From Bacteroidales bacterium (GTDB lineage Bacteria > Bacteroidota > Bacteroidia > Bacteroidales > UBA12077): a stretch of 64,000 bases of DNA. Positions 30,301 through 37,643 of this stretch are shown piece after piece. The stretch's first letter is position 1. Each line of letters begins with the position of its first letter. A program made the position numbers and the translations under genes. Where the stretch lies: positions 23,012 to 87,011 of the forward strand of contig JANQHE010000056.1 of the NCBI GenBank assembly GCA_028282785.1, read 5' to 3'. Under the pieces are notes generated by a model. It was not told the origin of the DNA, made no database searches, and saw only the letters and a program-made list of their open reading frames with translations.

Positions 30301-30343
30301 TTATTATTGCTACTAAAATAGATTTGGTCAGTTTTTTTATCAT
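21110..30343 (-). CDS. Giant (3077 aa) T9SS-secreted multidomain subtilisin (peptidase S8) with Ig/FN3/ASH-like, beta-propeller-like, two NIDO-like and cadherin-like domains
   Basis: Signal peptide; I9-like propeptide; S8 triad D200 (VHDGG), H254 (HGTHVGG) and S429 (GTSMACPHVSG); many beta-sandwich modules; four DPDGD/DxDxD cadherin-like units; C-terminal Por-secretion tail. Confidence 0.9.
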   Translation of the reverse strand: MIKKLTKSILVAIIILASALILNAQDHYHKGIFRIKFDTNMEATINTMKMQKSPTGVIHTGIASIDKLNEKYSVSNMKRVFPYAGKFEKKHQKYGLHLWYEVIVTNNSDTELATKEYLALNEVSLSELVLKKTIGGTPFNSYKAGVQNSLPGGTNDPQYGDQWHYNNTGQSGGTVDVDIDLPEAWVVQTGDSAIIVSVHDGGIDVDHEDLVGNMWINPNEIAGNGIDDDNNGYIDDIYGYNFGDNTGTIYGDSHGTHVGGTVAAETNNGIGMSGVAGGTGSDDGVRLMSCAVFGNISNGGFPESYIYAADHGAIISQNSWGYTSPNSYEQAVLDAIDYFIAEAGMNENGIQTGPMAGGLVIFAAGNNGSDNLWYPGYYEPVMAVAGTDHNDNKYTSSNFGSWVDLAAPAVNIYSTIPNDNYTGGYNGTSMACPHVSGTAALILSQFKDDDITPQQIWDRLINSTDPLTFTGAEDWGTGRLNTFAALAEDDGQPPLVISDMTIIDVSAVSVTFTWTAPADQPDGYPASIYDFRYSENPITAANFDQATHYELPAPSVAGTMESVEVKGLSVGTTYYFAVKSADYFGNTSDISNTVTATTDQAPDIVITGDPSVTINSSVNPVETGMFTIENQGQAELSYDIFPVYLGKTIPQVQSSLIYPGNEVSIEPEANYSELAELTSSVTTKNHSVIQSYFENEIAHIINYDDGDDEADGSIAVTAGGTPVVWAAATAFDVPDLGGDDFILSHISAYIEAEGSAATNPTSVSIIAGGDNPLQGELIMMQEFNNIIGAEYVNIPLEMPVSFSTGDKFWIVFNFPAAPLRLGYDDVIGGNRPGSYLAYLNGQWADIQNESGWSNYVWTVRAIQTQLHGVTLDISQGTVGVGSAQDISVTFDATDITRNGDHNFNIYILSNDPVTPVEKVQATATVTGIPEPNINIEPDTINSLIDASVNPVKTETLTIFNNGEGELQFDFISPIVEQDFHVDAVIGEYPLGDASESLQAAPYVNPNVNTSLPVVKLAGSIAYAQEVYPNEYFVSLSTDNPGTYLTSSSVSYTAYAGDFAKGDDKHMYIVDDGTSELKKLNIETEELTAVGPTLKFTDLACDKNNGTMYGAFYAEPSSYLYTIDLSSGTATLVGTIGSGIMISIACDGDGNLWGLNLDDNIYSIDKSTGTMTLVGSAGFDANYAQSMAWDPLTNLVYMAAYNNVADRGELRILDTETGASELIGAFAGNAEITAFGFPGGGTTDFITVNPTSGTVEANSSVTVDVELDATVLPNGLYSSSLTVYSNDYDNLSTVVPVNLDVTGQVGEINVSSAFIEFGTVFLNGEKEIPFKIYNTGIGDLQITDIISNQPIFTTDLEDTTVLAMGDTLFVKAKCAPNFLGQFNAILTVKSNDLNNPEVEITVTAAAISPPVISLDPTEIEVTMDAGQVRNEQFTIRNYGMYPLQFSMPEVAANQLLNNPDIEKNNISFIEGITQNTDKQINSGGQGHPVQLGAGGPDELGYSWIDSRETGGPVYNWEEISITGTEILANSDDGSIDIELPFGFKFYGEVKTSAKIGSNGYITFGTDGTDYTNDQIPSTTEPNNYIAPFWDDLRPSSKRGQVFYKAGSDKFIVQYNEVGNYPSSSAGTITFQVVLFPNGNIKYYYKEITLENNASATIGTENEDGTIGLQVAYNTDYIEDNMAVLIFPGRTPFDVSVSPVSGIIQPSSTQVIDLNLDATELLEDSYINELLITSNDPVRPEEIFTTKLDVIGHPEINVSPDSILFSPIFQTLSEVKTITIENTGSKNLTVSNIASDNASFIVDFSDPIMIAPKAITNIYITFTAINIGEEVGTITIESDDEFGNQSYEVFVSGTGLVPPEITVTTNPSPVEITMNSGDIDSINIAIVNSGGSTLNYVMVKPYYTNVGNVSVTTHNPAIELTSKEQPDERTGNAVQTGNGGPDNFGYTWIDSDEGSEVIYDWIEIKNIGTKLDLGADDGTWITLPFNFPFYNETYNEVQIASNGFFTFSEPLGSIGGYSNQDIPTTTEPNNLIAPLWDDIEPQNGDGVYVYSTSEYIIIQYNEVPAFWSTGVGTFQAIVYANGNIKFQYKDMTAYEGIDKATVGIENEDGTDALQVVFNNTYVKDGLAVLIKSPFTVGSVEPGLTANINLIIDATDIYDGTYEAPLKLLSNDITDPSIEIPTTLTIIGTPEISLSSDSVLFNELYFIPGENNNDTEELIVKNDGSKTLLIDSLWFTNETVIFTADKSGVFEIAPKEELIVELTFTPEAVGSFDNIFNIASNDALQPVATTLLFGEAIEPPVIAIDDTDTLLFDLKSTESGTKVSVVSNEGGSLLDYDISIVTLSGQFTNEVQSIYNRPVVNSTVYRSMSASGNFDMNIDYEQSDIVFNDSIVYDPEGAPDDYYGYDGGAPYSSANRFVVNSATFDLTHLTNYYQTGGVTESVILEIYKGGTLPEQGTLLATQTFTHSEANTGAKCLIELESPQSFVQGDVFFVVIHYPQAINFPAAFNRNVSGVDGVSYWYDVNSSTWLAEDPGYVYKIRAFEAISTSPDKWLTVNPVEGELEAGESANHILTANAAATIGGYHYAKVVYSSNDPVTPTTEIPVVMYVNKLPEIISVPDSVVVHEGESIDMMVIATDPEGDALDFELVGTYSFTDLTVNHDTAIVTYSPDYEQAGMFDYVMDITDAQGETITVSWPVIVNNVNRSPKLLTDIDDKMYFVTDPIDQIDLTQYFTDPDGESLIYDAFPSSDTAFSVGINDNMLEITPTNLGYGVITVTATDAEGAYTAASFNVRIRHTENHAPILINDLSYIFIHGSDEVNYNLDDYFTDIDWDEITYSFQVSGVPSVIVSLADNELTLEPTRSGMTFLTLYADDGRGGVTGISLIVFVYGNKNGMPFMLSPIANRTYTLDDNTEKLNLSEYFGDPDQDNLRYIGVIKNGNSVEAIVNDNILEITPKELGESIITIYVSDENTGVVETTFTANVNNSVTGVDDIDITSMGLTNYPNPVKDVTIIEYLLDKACKVKLEVMNIHGETIDILVNETKVEGKYTIDYNVNNLPSGIYFYRITLDNNRIVTKRMIVL
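23955..24525 (-). other. NIDO (nidogen-like)-type module 2
   Basis: GYTWIDS...LPFNFPFYNE...IASNGFFTF...NNLIAPLWDDIEPQ...GVYVY...IIQYNEV...TVGIENEDGT; it is collinear with module 1. Confidence 0.6.
25290..25860 (-). other. NIDO (nidogen-like)-type module 1
   Basis: GYSWIDS...LPFGFKFYGE...IGSNGYITFG...NNYIAPFWDDLRPS...GQVFYK...IVQYNEV...TIGTENEDGT. Confidence 0.6.
28889..29866 (-). other. Peptidase S8 catalytic domain of the giant protein
   Basis: Asp codon at 29744-29746, His at 29582-29584 and Ser at 29057-29059 (TCA checked against the nucleotide sequence). Confidence 0.85.
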
Positions 30344-31063
30344 AAATTTTAGTGTTTAATTTAACATGTAATTTTTTAGTACTTTAAGTTTGTGCTGTTT
30401 GAGATGGGTCAGCTCTAATCAAAATAGTTGTTTTCATAATTTTCCTTTTTTTAATGATTTTTAAATCGCATTTTAACGGTAAACATGAATGCATAAAAAA
30501 AGGCGTAGTAATTACTTTGTAGATTAATATCTAAGAAATAGATATTATAACTGTATAACTTCCAGTTCAACAGATGTTTAATCTGCTCGGAAGATAAAAC
30601 AGCTTTCACAAAGTAATAGTCGCCTTTCGATTAAGAATTATTAACCAAGTACTTTTATTTCTTAATAAAGCTTTATTGGGATTTTTTAGAGTGTTTTTAC
30701 GGTCTTTTTGTTAAGACAAATAGCTTTACAAAGTAAAAAAGTCGGTATTAAAGAATATTTTAAGGTTAATAAATCAAATTAAAGTTCGAAATTATTTTAT
30801 TAAAATGCAATAAAAATTATTTAAAAATATCGTTACTGTATTAGGAAAGCCTGATTTTATTAGTAAAATATAACAATCAGTTTAAACATTATTCATTGAA
30901 AATAAGAATTGAGATTCGCTTTTTTATAATAACTTCAGCATGTTTATCAACATAAAACTGTAAAGTATTTATTAATATAAACCTATGTAAAAAGGAATAA
31001 TTTATTTAAACCACTCTATATTTTAATTGTTAATAGTATAATTATTTAATAAGTTTTAAAGTT

Positions 31064-31759
31064 ATGAGTAAAACTGTTTTAATTACAGGTTCTAACAAAG
31101 GAATTGGATTCGAAACAGCCCGCCAACTTGGGAAAAAAGGTTTTAAAGTTTTTATTTCCGGAAGAAATGAAGAAAGAGTCAAGAAATCGCATGAAAAATT
31201 AATTAGTGCCGGCATTGATGCTGAGATGCTAATTATGGATATTAGTAATTTGGAAAGTATTCAAAGAGCTGCTATTGAATTCATGAAATTGAATTTGAAA
31301 TTGGATGTTTTGATTAATAATGCCGCCATATTATTGAAAGAGGACAGGAGTCTTTTAACTAATTCAGCTTCAATAATTGAAAATACAGTACAAACAAACT
31401 GTTACGGTGCAATAAATGTTGTCAGGGAGTTTCTTCAGTTTATACCGAACGGAGGAAGAATCATCAATATTTCCAGTGGTGGTGGTTCGATGACTGACCC
31501 GGTAGGAGGGTGGTCGCCAGCTTATTGTGTTTCAAAAACAACTTTAAATATGATTACCAAGCAGTTAGCGTTTGAGTTGTTGGGGAAAAATATTGCAGTT
31601 AATTCAGTGTGCCCGGGTTGGGTAAGAACAGATATGGGAGGAAACACTGCTTCCAGATCTGTTGAAAAAGGGGCTGAAACGCCTGTGTGGTTGGCTAATG
31701 AAGCTCCTCAAAGTTTAACAGGTAAATTCATTCGAGATAAAAAAGAAATTCCTTGGTAG
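31064..31759 (+). CDS. SDR family oxidoreductase (carbonyl-reductase-like)
   Basis: TGSNKGIGFE (TGxxxGxG), NNAA and YCVSK (YxxxK). Confidence 0.85.
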   Translation: MSKTVLITGSNKGIGFETARQLGKKGFKVFISGRNEERVKKSHEKLISAGIDAEMLIMDISNLESIQRAAIEFMKLNLKLDVLINNAAILLKEDRSLLTNSASIIENTVQTNCYGAINVVREFLQFIPNGGRIINISSGGGSMTDPVGGWSPAYCVSKTTLNMITKQLAFELLGKNIAVNSVCPGWVRTDMGGNTASRSVEKGAETPVWLANEAPQSLTGKFIRDKKEIPW

Positions 31760-31971
31760 AACCTAAAAGACACCAAGTAAATAAAACAATATTTTCATTT
31801 TTATTAGTTATAAATTGTTAAATTTTTATAAGTGCTAAATAAGGTGATGTGGTAATTATTTTATTCGCAGCCGAGTTTGCAGAAAATTAACGAATACATC
31901 ATAAAATAAATCTTGAATGGGATTATTTTTTATTTTAAATTGCCAATTTACTAACAAAAAAATATACAATT

Positions 31972-32415
31972 ATGCCTACAGTAAATGTTTATTTAACTTT
32001 TAATGGAAATTGCAAAGAAGCTTTTGATTTTTATAAATCTGTATTCGGAGGAGAATTTCCTTATGTCGGAACCTTTGCAGAAATGCCACCTCAAGAGGGT
32101 ATGCCACCAATTCCTGATGATTTTAAAGATAAAATCATGCATATTTCTTTACCTATAAGTAAAGAAACGGTAATAATGGGTAGCGATACAGGAGGAGAGT
32201 GGGCTTCTGATTTTAAACAGGGAAATAATTTTTCCATTTCAATTAATGCGGATAGTAAAGCGGAAGCTGATAAATTATTCAATGGTTTATCTGAAGGTGG
32301 AAAGGTAACTATGCCAATGGATAGCACATTTTGGGGCGATTATTTTGGAATGTTTACGGATAAATTTGGAATTAATTGGATGGTAGGTTTTAATGAGGAA
32401 TCAAAAGAAAAATAA
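31972..32415 (+). CDS. VOC-fold protein of the PhnB/YjdN-like group
   Basis: YLTFNGNCKEAFDFYKSVFGGE and FWGDYFGMFTDKFGINWMV are characteristic of PhnB-like proteins. Confidence 0.7.
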   Translation: MPTVNVYLTFNGNCKEAFDFYKSVFGGEFPYVGTFAEMPPQEGMPPIPDDFKDKIMHISLPISKETVIMGSDTGGEWASDFKQGNNFSISINADSKAEADKLFNGLSEGGKVTMPMDSTFWGDYFGMFTDKFGINWMVGFNEESKEK

Positions 32416-32432
32416 AACTGATTAACTTGTAC

Positions 32433-32475
32433 AAAATAGCCTCCAAAACTTTTGTAGTTCCCGGGGGCTATTTTT
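32433..32475. terminator. Bidirectional terminator between the PhnB-like and caspase-like genes
   Basis: AAAATAGCC(t)CC ... GG(g)GGCTATTTT inverted repeat, with an A-run on the left and a T-run on the right. Confidence 0.7.
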
Positions 32476-32517
32476 AATGAATATATTTTACTAGTATTAA
32501 ACGTATTTTTGAGTTTA

Positions 32518-34386
32518 TTATCTCTTAACAAATATAAAATCACCGCCTTCATCGCCAGTATCCTTAATTTCTCCATATAAAGGCGTATTAGGGCTATTAT
32601 TAATAACCGCAGTTTTAAAGCTACTAAATAGTTCTTCTGCAGATATGAATTCCTTTGTATTTTCTTTTAGTCGCTTATTTAAATATAAAAGAAATACACT
32701 TTTATCGGGAACTTCTTTTAGTGACCCGCTTGTCATAGCCTTACGGCTTGGATAATAATATAATTCCTGAATTGGTTTTGGAGCATAATTAAAGGCTTTT
32801 CGACTTTTAAAAATTCCACCACTAAAACAAGCATCTGCAATTAATAATGTATGTTTTGTATCTACTGTTCGCAAATAATCCCGTATGGTACTATTTCTCA
32901 TCCAGTTAGCTGTGTTTGTTTTTTTTGCATCCGATGGTAACCAATATCCTATTTCATCCTGATGGTCCCAATATCCGTGCCCTGCATAAAATACCAATAA
33001 ATTATCATCTTCAGTTACAACTCTGTTTAACCTGTCCAATTCAGAAATAATTTTTTCGCGTGTTGGACTTTTTAGAAAAGTAACATTTTCCTTTTCAAAA
33101 GTATAATTTTTCACTAAAGTATTTAATAGCTTCTCTGCATCTGCAACAGGTTGATTAAGATCATTTATTTCAGGATCACTGTAATTGCTTACACCAATAA
33201 ATAAAGCATAATATTTACCTTCTTTAGATTTTTCATCTAGTTCTGAACGGTCACCCACAGATGTTTTTCTTTGGCCTTCCTTTTCCAATACCTTGTAATT
33301 AATTACATAAGTTTCTTCAACTGAATTATTGAATTTATCAACAGCCCTTACAAAAACATTATTCTTTCCTTCAACTAAATAAACATCAGTATCAAACTCG
33401 CCATTTGTTTTTAAATTAGTATACATACCATTTACTGTAATTTCAAAAATTCCATTTTCATCCATTACATTACCTTTTAATATCACTTCTTCTTTATTTA
33501 CAGTAACCGGTTTATCTTTTGATAAAGACATATTTGTAAACGCTATGGATGGAGGCTTGGTGTCGACAATTTTGGAAATTTCCGGTCCAATGTCAAGTTT
33601 TGTTACTTCTGATATTAATTCAGTTTTTGCAGGTTGCTCATTGTTATCAAATGAAATATCCCTAAACTGGATGTTACCTACTTTCAAATCTAATCCATAT
33701 GTAACCTCTAATACTTCAACCCCAAACTCAACCATTTTTAATCTGTTAGAAAATCCATGCGGAATGTCAAAACTATATATGGCAATATCCGATTGTCCCG
33801 GTTTAAAAGACATAGTTGGAGTTGCATACCTGGCATCTCCCGATACTCTCCCAAGTTTAGAATAGTTTGATTCTATTTTTTTACTTTTAAAGTCATATAC
33901 TCTGGCTAATCGGTTTATTAATTTCAAATCGCGGTTTTTACCTTTATTGGTTACTTGTAAAACACAAATAAGTTTTCGATCTTTTTTATAACATTCCTTT
34001 AATTCAAAATGAAAACCTTCAACATGGTCGGTAGGATTTTTGATTTTACCGGGAACTGCAATTATCTTAAATACCATGTCTTCCCCTTTTAAATTTTCTC
34101 TGTCATTTAATACATTCCAGATGATAAGTTTATTTTTTCCTCCTTCAATGTTTTTTCCAATATCGCCACTGGTAGTATTTAAAATAATATTAAAGTTTTG
34201 CCCGCCATCTTTTGAGCACAATACTTTTATATCAAATAACTGACCTGATCTTTCATGAATAATATCATACATCAAATTTATTTTGTCCTCAAAGGTTTTG
34301 ATTCTTAGATTTTCAATTTGTTGAGCAAATGAAGTTGAAAAACCAAAGCATAAAACAAATAATAAATAAGTTCTCAAAGTTTTCAT
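32518..34386 (-). CDS. Secreted multidomain caspase-family (peptidase C14) protein
   Basis: Signal peptide (FSTSFAQQ), three beta-sandwich-like modules and a C-terminal caspase fold. The His is in FYAGHGYW (codon 32977-32979) and the Cys in LIADACFSGG (codon 32827-32829). Confidence 0.8.
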   Translation of the reverse strand: MKTLRTYLLFVLCFGFSTSFAQQIENLRIKTFEDKINLMYDIIHERSGQLFDIKVLCSKDGGQNFNIILNTTSGDIGKNIEGGKNKLIIWNVLNDRENLKGEDMVFKIIAVPGKIKNPTDHVEGFHFELKECYKKDRKLICVLQVTNKGKNRDLKLINRLARVYDFKSKKIESNYSKLGRVSGDARYATPTMSFKPGQSDIAIYSFDIPHGFSNRLKMVEFGVEVLEVTYGLDLKVGNIQFRDISFDNNEQPAKTELISEVTKLDIGPEISKIVDTKPPSIAFTNMSLSKDKPVTVNKEEVILKGNVMDENGIFEITVNGMYTNLKTNGEFDTDVYLVEGKNNVFVRAVDKFNNSVEETYVINYKVLEKEGQRKTSVGDRSELDEKSKEGKYYALFIGVSNYSDPEINDLNQPVADAEKLLNTLVKNYTFEKENVTFLKSPTREKIISELDRLNRVVTEDDNLLVFYAGHGYWDHQDEIGYWLPSDAKKTNTANWMRNSTIRDYLRTVDTKHTLLIADACFSGGIFKSRKAFNYAPKPIQELYYYPSRKAMTSGSLKEVPDKSVFLLYLNKRLKENTKEFISAEELFSSFKTAVINNSPNTPLYGEIKDTGDEGGDFIFVKR

Positions 34387-34543
34387 AATGAATAAGATGA
34401 TTGATTTAAAGGCAATACCAAATTACTTAATTATGATAAAGTTTCCAAGTTTAAGCCAATGATTTAACCCAATCATTATAGAATTAAATAAGAATTGGCT
34501 TTCAAATCATTATTAGATACATAAAAAGTAGTATTTTTAGCTT

Positions 34544-35044
34544 ATGTTAATTACTAAAGTTTGTTTATATATACTGGTTAAAAGTTATATTCTTGTTTTG
34601 CACCCGGTGCATATTTCTATTACCAATGTTGATTATAATCCAAATGATCTGAAAATGAAAATTTCTTTTAAGGTCTTTAAACAAGATATGAAACTTTTGT
34701 TCGTACACCTTGATCAAGTAAATATTGATTTTGAGAACCTGGAAGAGGTTAAAAAAAATCAGGAAAGAATTAATAACTATTTTCAGAATCATTTTAATAT
34801 TGAGAGTAAATCTGGATTTGAGCCGGTTTTTAAGGAAGCGGAGCTTGATAATGAATGGATATGGTTTTATTATGAGGTTGAAAATATTGATTTAAAAAAG
34901 GAATTTAAAATTACAAATACAATATTTCTGGATTTATATTATGATCAGAAAAATATGATGATATTTAGTAGTAAAGGAACTGAAAAAGGGTATATGTTTA
35001 ATTTAAATAAAACTAAACAATTAATAAAGCTAAATGATCTATAA
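34544..35044 (+). CDS. Hypothetical protein (DUF6702-like from memory)
   Basis: HPVHISITNVDYNPNDLKMKISFKVFKQDM resembles the start of that family. It overlaps the next gene by 11 nt. Confidence 0.4.
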   Translation: MLITKVCLYILVKSYILVLHPVHISITNVDYNPNDLKMKISFKVFKQDMKLLFVHLDQVNIDFENLEEVKKNQERINNYFQNHFNIESKSGFEPVFKEAELDNEWIWFYYEVENIDLKKEFKITNTIFLDLYYDQKNMMIFSSKGTEKGYMFNLNKTKQLIKLNDL

Positions 35045-37643
35045 AAGAGTTATATATACTGTATTATTTTTGTTTTTTCTGTGGTGTACCAATTCATATG
35101 CAACTCATAACAGAGCCGGGGAGATAACATATACTCAAATTTCGGAACTAACATATGAAATAACGGTAACAACATATACTTATACTATAAGCAGTGTAGA
35201 CAGGGAAGAGCTCGAAGTCGAATGGGGGGATGGAACTTTCTCAACTGTTCCTAGAAAAGAAATGTTAGAACTTCCTGATTTTTATCAACGAAATAAATAC
35301 ATTGCTCGTCATACTTTTCCGGGACCCGGAATTTATAACGTATTAGTTCAGGATCCGAATAGAAACTTTGGTGTTGAAAATATACCTAATTCTGTGAATA
35401 CAGTGTTTTCAGTTAAAACAACTATTTTTGTAATTCCGGAACTTGGCTCTAATAATACACCTATATTATTAAATCCACCGTTAAATCAGGCAGCTCAATA
35501 CAGGATTTTTGTTCATAATCCCGGAGCTTTTGATAAGGAAGGTGATAGTTTATCATATGCACTTACCAATTGTACGGGTGAAAATGGAGAACCAATAAGT
35601 GGATATACTCTACCTCCTGCAACAGATTCGATTGGTATTAATGCTATAACCGGAGATTTAGTGTGGAATACTCCGCCGGATACTGGTAAATATAACATTG
35701 CTATTCAAATTGCGGAATGGAGAAGTGGGGTAAAAATAGGAACTATAACACGAGATATGCAGATTGATGTTTATGCTACTGATAATCATACTCCTGACAT
35801 TGACTCTGTTGGGGAAATTTGTGTATTGGCAGGTGATACAGCTACCGTTCTAATTAGAAGTACCGATATTGATTACAACAATATAGAAGTTAGTGCCGAA
35901 GGAGGGCCGTTTTTATTTGAAGGAAATCCTGCTACATTTGAAGAAGTTTCAAGTATTTCCGGAGAAACTATTTCTCGTTTTAACTGGGGAACAAGCTGTA
36001 ATCATATTCGAAAAGAATCATATTCGATTATTATTTCAGCTAAAGATGATCATCCGGATGTTAAATTAGTTGGAATTGAACGATTGCTGGTAAAGGTTAT
36101 CGGACCAGCTCCTTATGGATTGCAAACAGATCCAGGTAATGCATTTATACGTTTAAACTGGAATGCTCCGGATTGTGATCCAACGAAATATCTTATATAC
36201 CGTAGAATTAATTCATTAAACTATGAGCATGATAGCTGCACAACGGGTTTGCCAGAAGATTCAGGTTACGAGTATGTTGGAGAAACTTCGGATACAGCGT
36301 ATGTCGATAATGATAATGGAGAGGGATTGGTACAAGGGTTTTCTTATTGTTACAGAATTGTTGCTGAATACAACGATGGAGCTCAAAGTTTTCCTTCGGA
36401 AGAGCAATGTGCATCCATTGCTCCGGGATTTCCAATTCTAACAAATGTAAGTGTATTATCAACTGATGCGGATACAGGAAGAATAATGGTTCGTTGGGAT
36501 AAACCGGATCAGTTGGATACAATTCCCGGAGCTACCGGACCATATAAATATATTATCTATCAATCTGACGAACTATTTGGAATGCGTTTAAAACGAATAG
36601 ACTCTCTGGATAATTTAGATGATACAACTTATTATAAGCCTGACTTAAATACTTTAGAAACTCAATATTCTTATGAAATTGCCCTTTATAACGATGCACC
36701 GGGAAATAGGTTTCGTATTGGAGTACCGCAGTTGGCTTCTTCCATTTTTCTTGATTTGGAACCTGCTGATAACCAAATAAAAATAAACATTAAGAAGAAT
36801 ACACCTTGGTTAGACAATGAGTTTGTTATTTATAGATTAAATAACTCAACCGGTATTTTTGATTCCATAGCTTATACCACAAACCGATCTTATACAGATA
36901 CCAAATTAATGAATGGAAATACTTACTGTTATAAGGTTAAAAGCATTGGTACTTATAAAATCGATGATATCGAACATCCAACCATTAACTGGTCACACGA
37001 AAATTGTCAGGTTCCGGAGGATTTTCAACGTCCCTGTCCACCATCATTAAATGTTCGGTCGGCATGTGATAGTTTGGTAAATATTTTAACCTGGAATAAT
37101 CCTAATTTAACATGTGCTGACGATGTTGTAAGGTATATTTTATACTATACAAACAGTTCCGAATCCGAATTGGACTCTATAATAGGATTCGATGATCCTG
37201 AAATTACATATTTTGAACATTTTCCGTCGGGAAGCATGGGAGGTTGTTATGCCGTAACTGCAGTAGATTCTTTTAATAACGAAAGCGAATTTTCTTATGT
37301 TCAATGTGTAGATAATTGTTCATATTATGAATTACCTAATGTTTTTACTCCGAATGGTGATAATATTAATGATGAGTTTATAGCAGAAAATCCCTTTGAT
37401 TATGTTCAAAAAGTTGAAATGAAGATTTTTAACAGGTGGGGTGAATTAGTTTTTCAAACGAATGATCCAAATATTAAATGGGATGGGAAAGCTCAAAAAA
37501 CAAATCAATTAGTTTCACCCGGGGTGTATTATTATATTTGTGATGTCTGGGAACCGCGTATTTCCGGACTTGAGGTCAGAAATATCGTTGGATTCATTTA
37601 TGTTTATACCGGAGAATCATCGGGAGAATACAGTAATGAATAA
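35034..37643 (+). CDS. T9SS type-B (gliding-motility-associated C-terminal domain) cargo protein
   Basis: Signal peptide, an HNRAGEITYTQ N-terminal motif, FN3-like modules, and a C-terminal LPNVFTPNGDNINDEF...FNRWGELVF...WDGK...GVYYY. Confidence 0.85.
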   Translation: MIYKRVIYTVLFLFFLWCTNSYATHNRAGEITYTQISELTYEITVTTYTYTISSVDREELEVEWGDGTFSTVPRKEMLELPDFYQRNKYIARHTFPGPGIYNVLVQDPNRNFGVENIPNSVNTVFSVKTTIFVIPELGSNNTPILLNPPLNQAAQYRIFVHNPGAFDKEGDSLSYALTNCTGENGEPISGYTLPPATDSIGINAITGDLVWNTPPDTGKYNIAIQIAEWRSGVKIGTITRDMQIDVYATDNHTPDIDSVGEICVLAGDTATVLIRSTDIDYNNIEVSAEGGPFLFEGNPATFEEVSSISGETISRFNWGTSCNHIRKESYSIIISAKDDHPDVKLVGIERLLVKVIGPAPYGLQTDPGNAFIRLNWNAPDCDPTKYLIYRRINSLNYEHDSCTTGLPEDSGYEYVGETSDTAYVDNDNGEGLVQGFSYCYRIVAEYNDGAQSFPSEEQCASIAPGFPILTNVSVLSTDADTGRIMVRWDKPDQLDTIPGATGPYKYIIYQSDELFGMRLKRIDSLDNLDDTTYYKPDLNTLETQYSYEIALYNDAPGNRFRIGVPQLASSIFLDLEPADNQIKINIKKNTPWLDNEFVIYRLNNSTGIFDSIAYTTNRSYTDTKLMNGNTYCYKVKSIGTYKIDDIEHPTINWSHENCQVPEDFQRPCPPSLNVRSACDSLVNILTWNNPNLTCADDVVRYILYYTNSSESELDSIIGFDDPEITYFEHFPSGSMGGCYAVTAVDSFNNESEFSYVQCVDNCSYYELPNVFTPNGDNINDEFIAENPFDYVQKVEMKIFNRWGELVFQTNDPNIKWDGKAQKTNQLVSPGVYYYICDVWEPRISGLEVRNIVGFIYVYTGESSGEYSNE
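37326..37643 (+). other. T9SS type-B C-terminal sorting domain
   Basis: YELPNVFTPNGDNINDEFIAENP...KIFNRWGELVFQTNDPNIKWDGK...SPGVYYYICDV. Confidence 0.85.

Noticed and set aside
30380-30440. 17-codon upstream ORF (MKTTILIRADPSQTAQT) in the leader of the giant protease gene
   Set aside because: Short ORFs of this size are expected by chance in 720 bp of AT-rich DNA, and nothing indicates translation.
32340-32576. 78-aa minus-strand ORF spanning the 32433-32475 terminator
   Set aside because: It overlaps the 3' ends of two convergent real genes and runs through their shared terminator hairpin.
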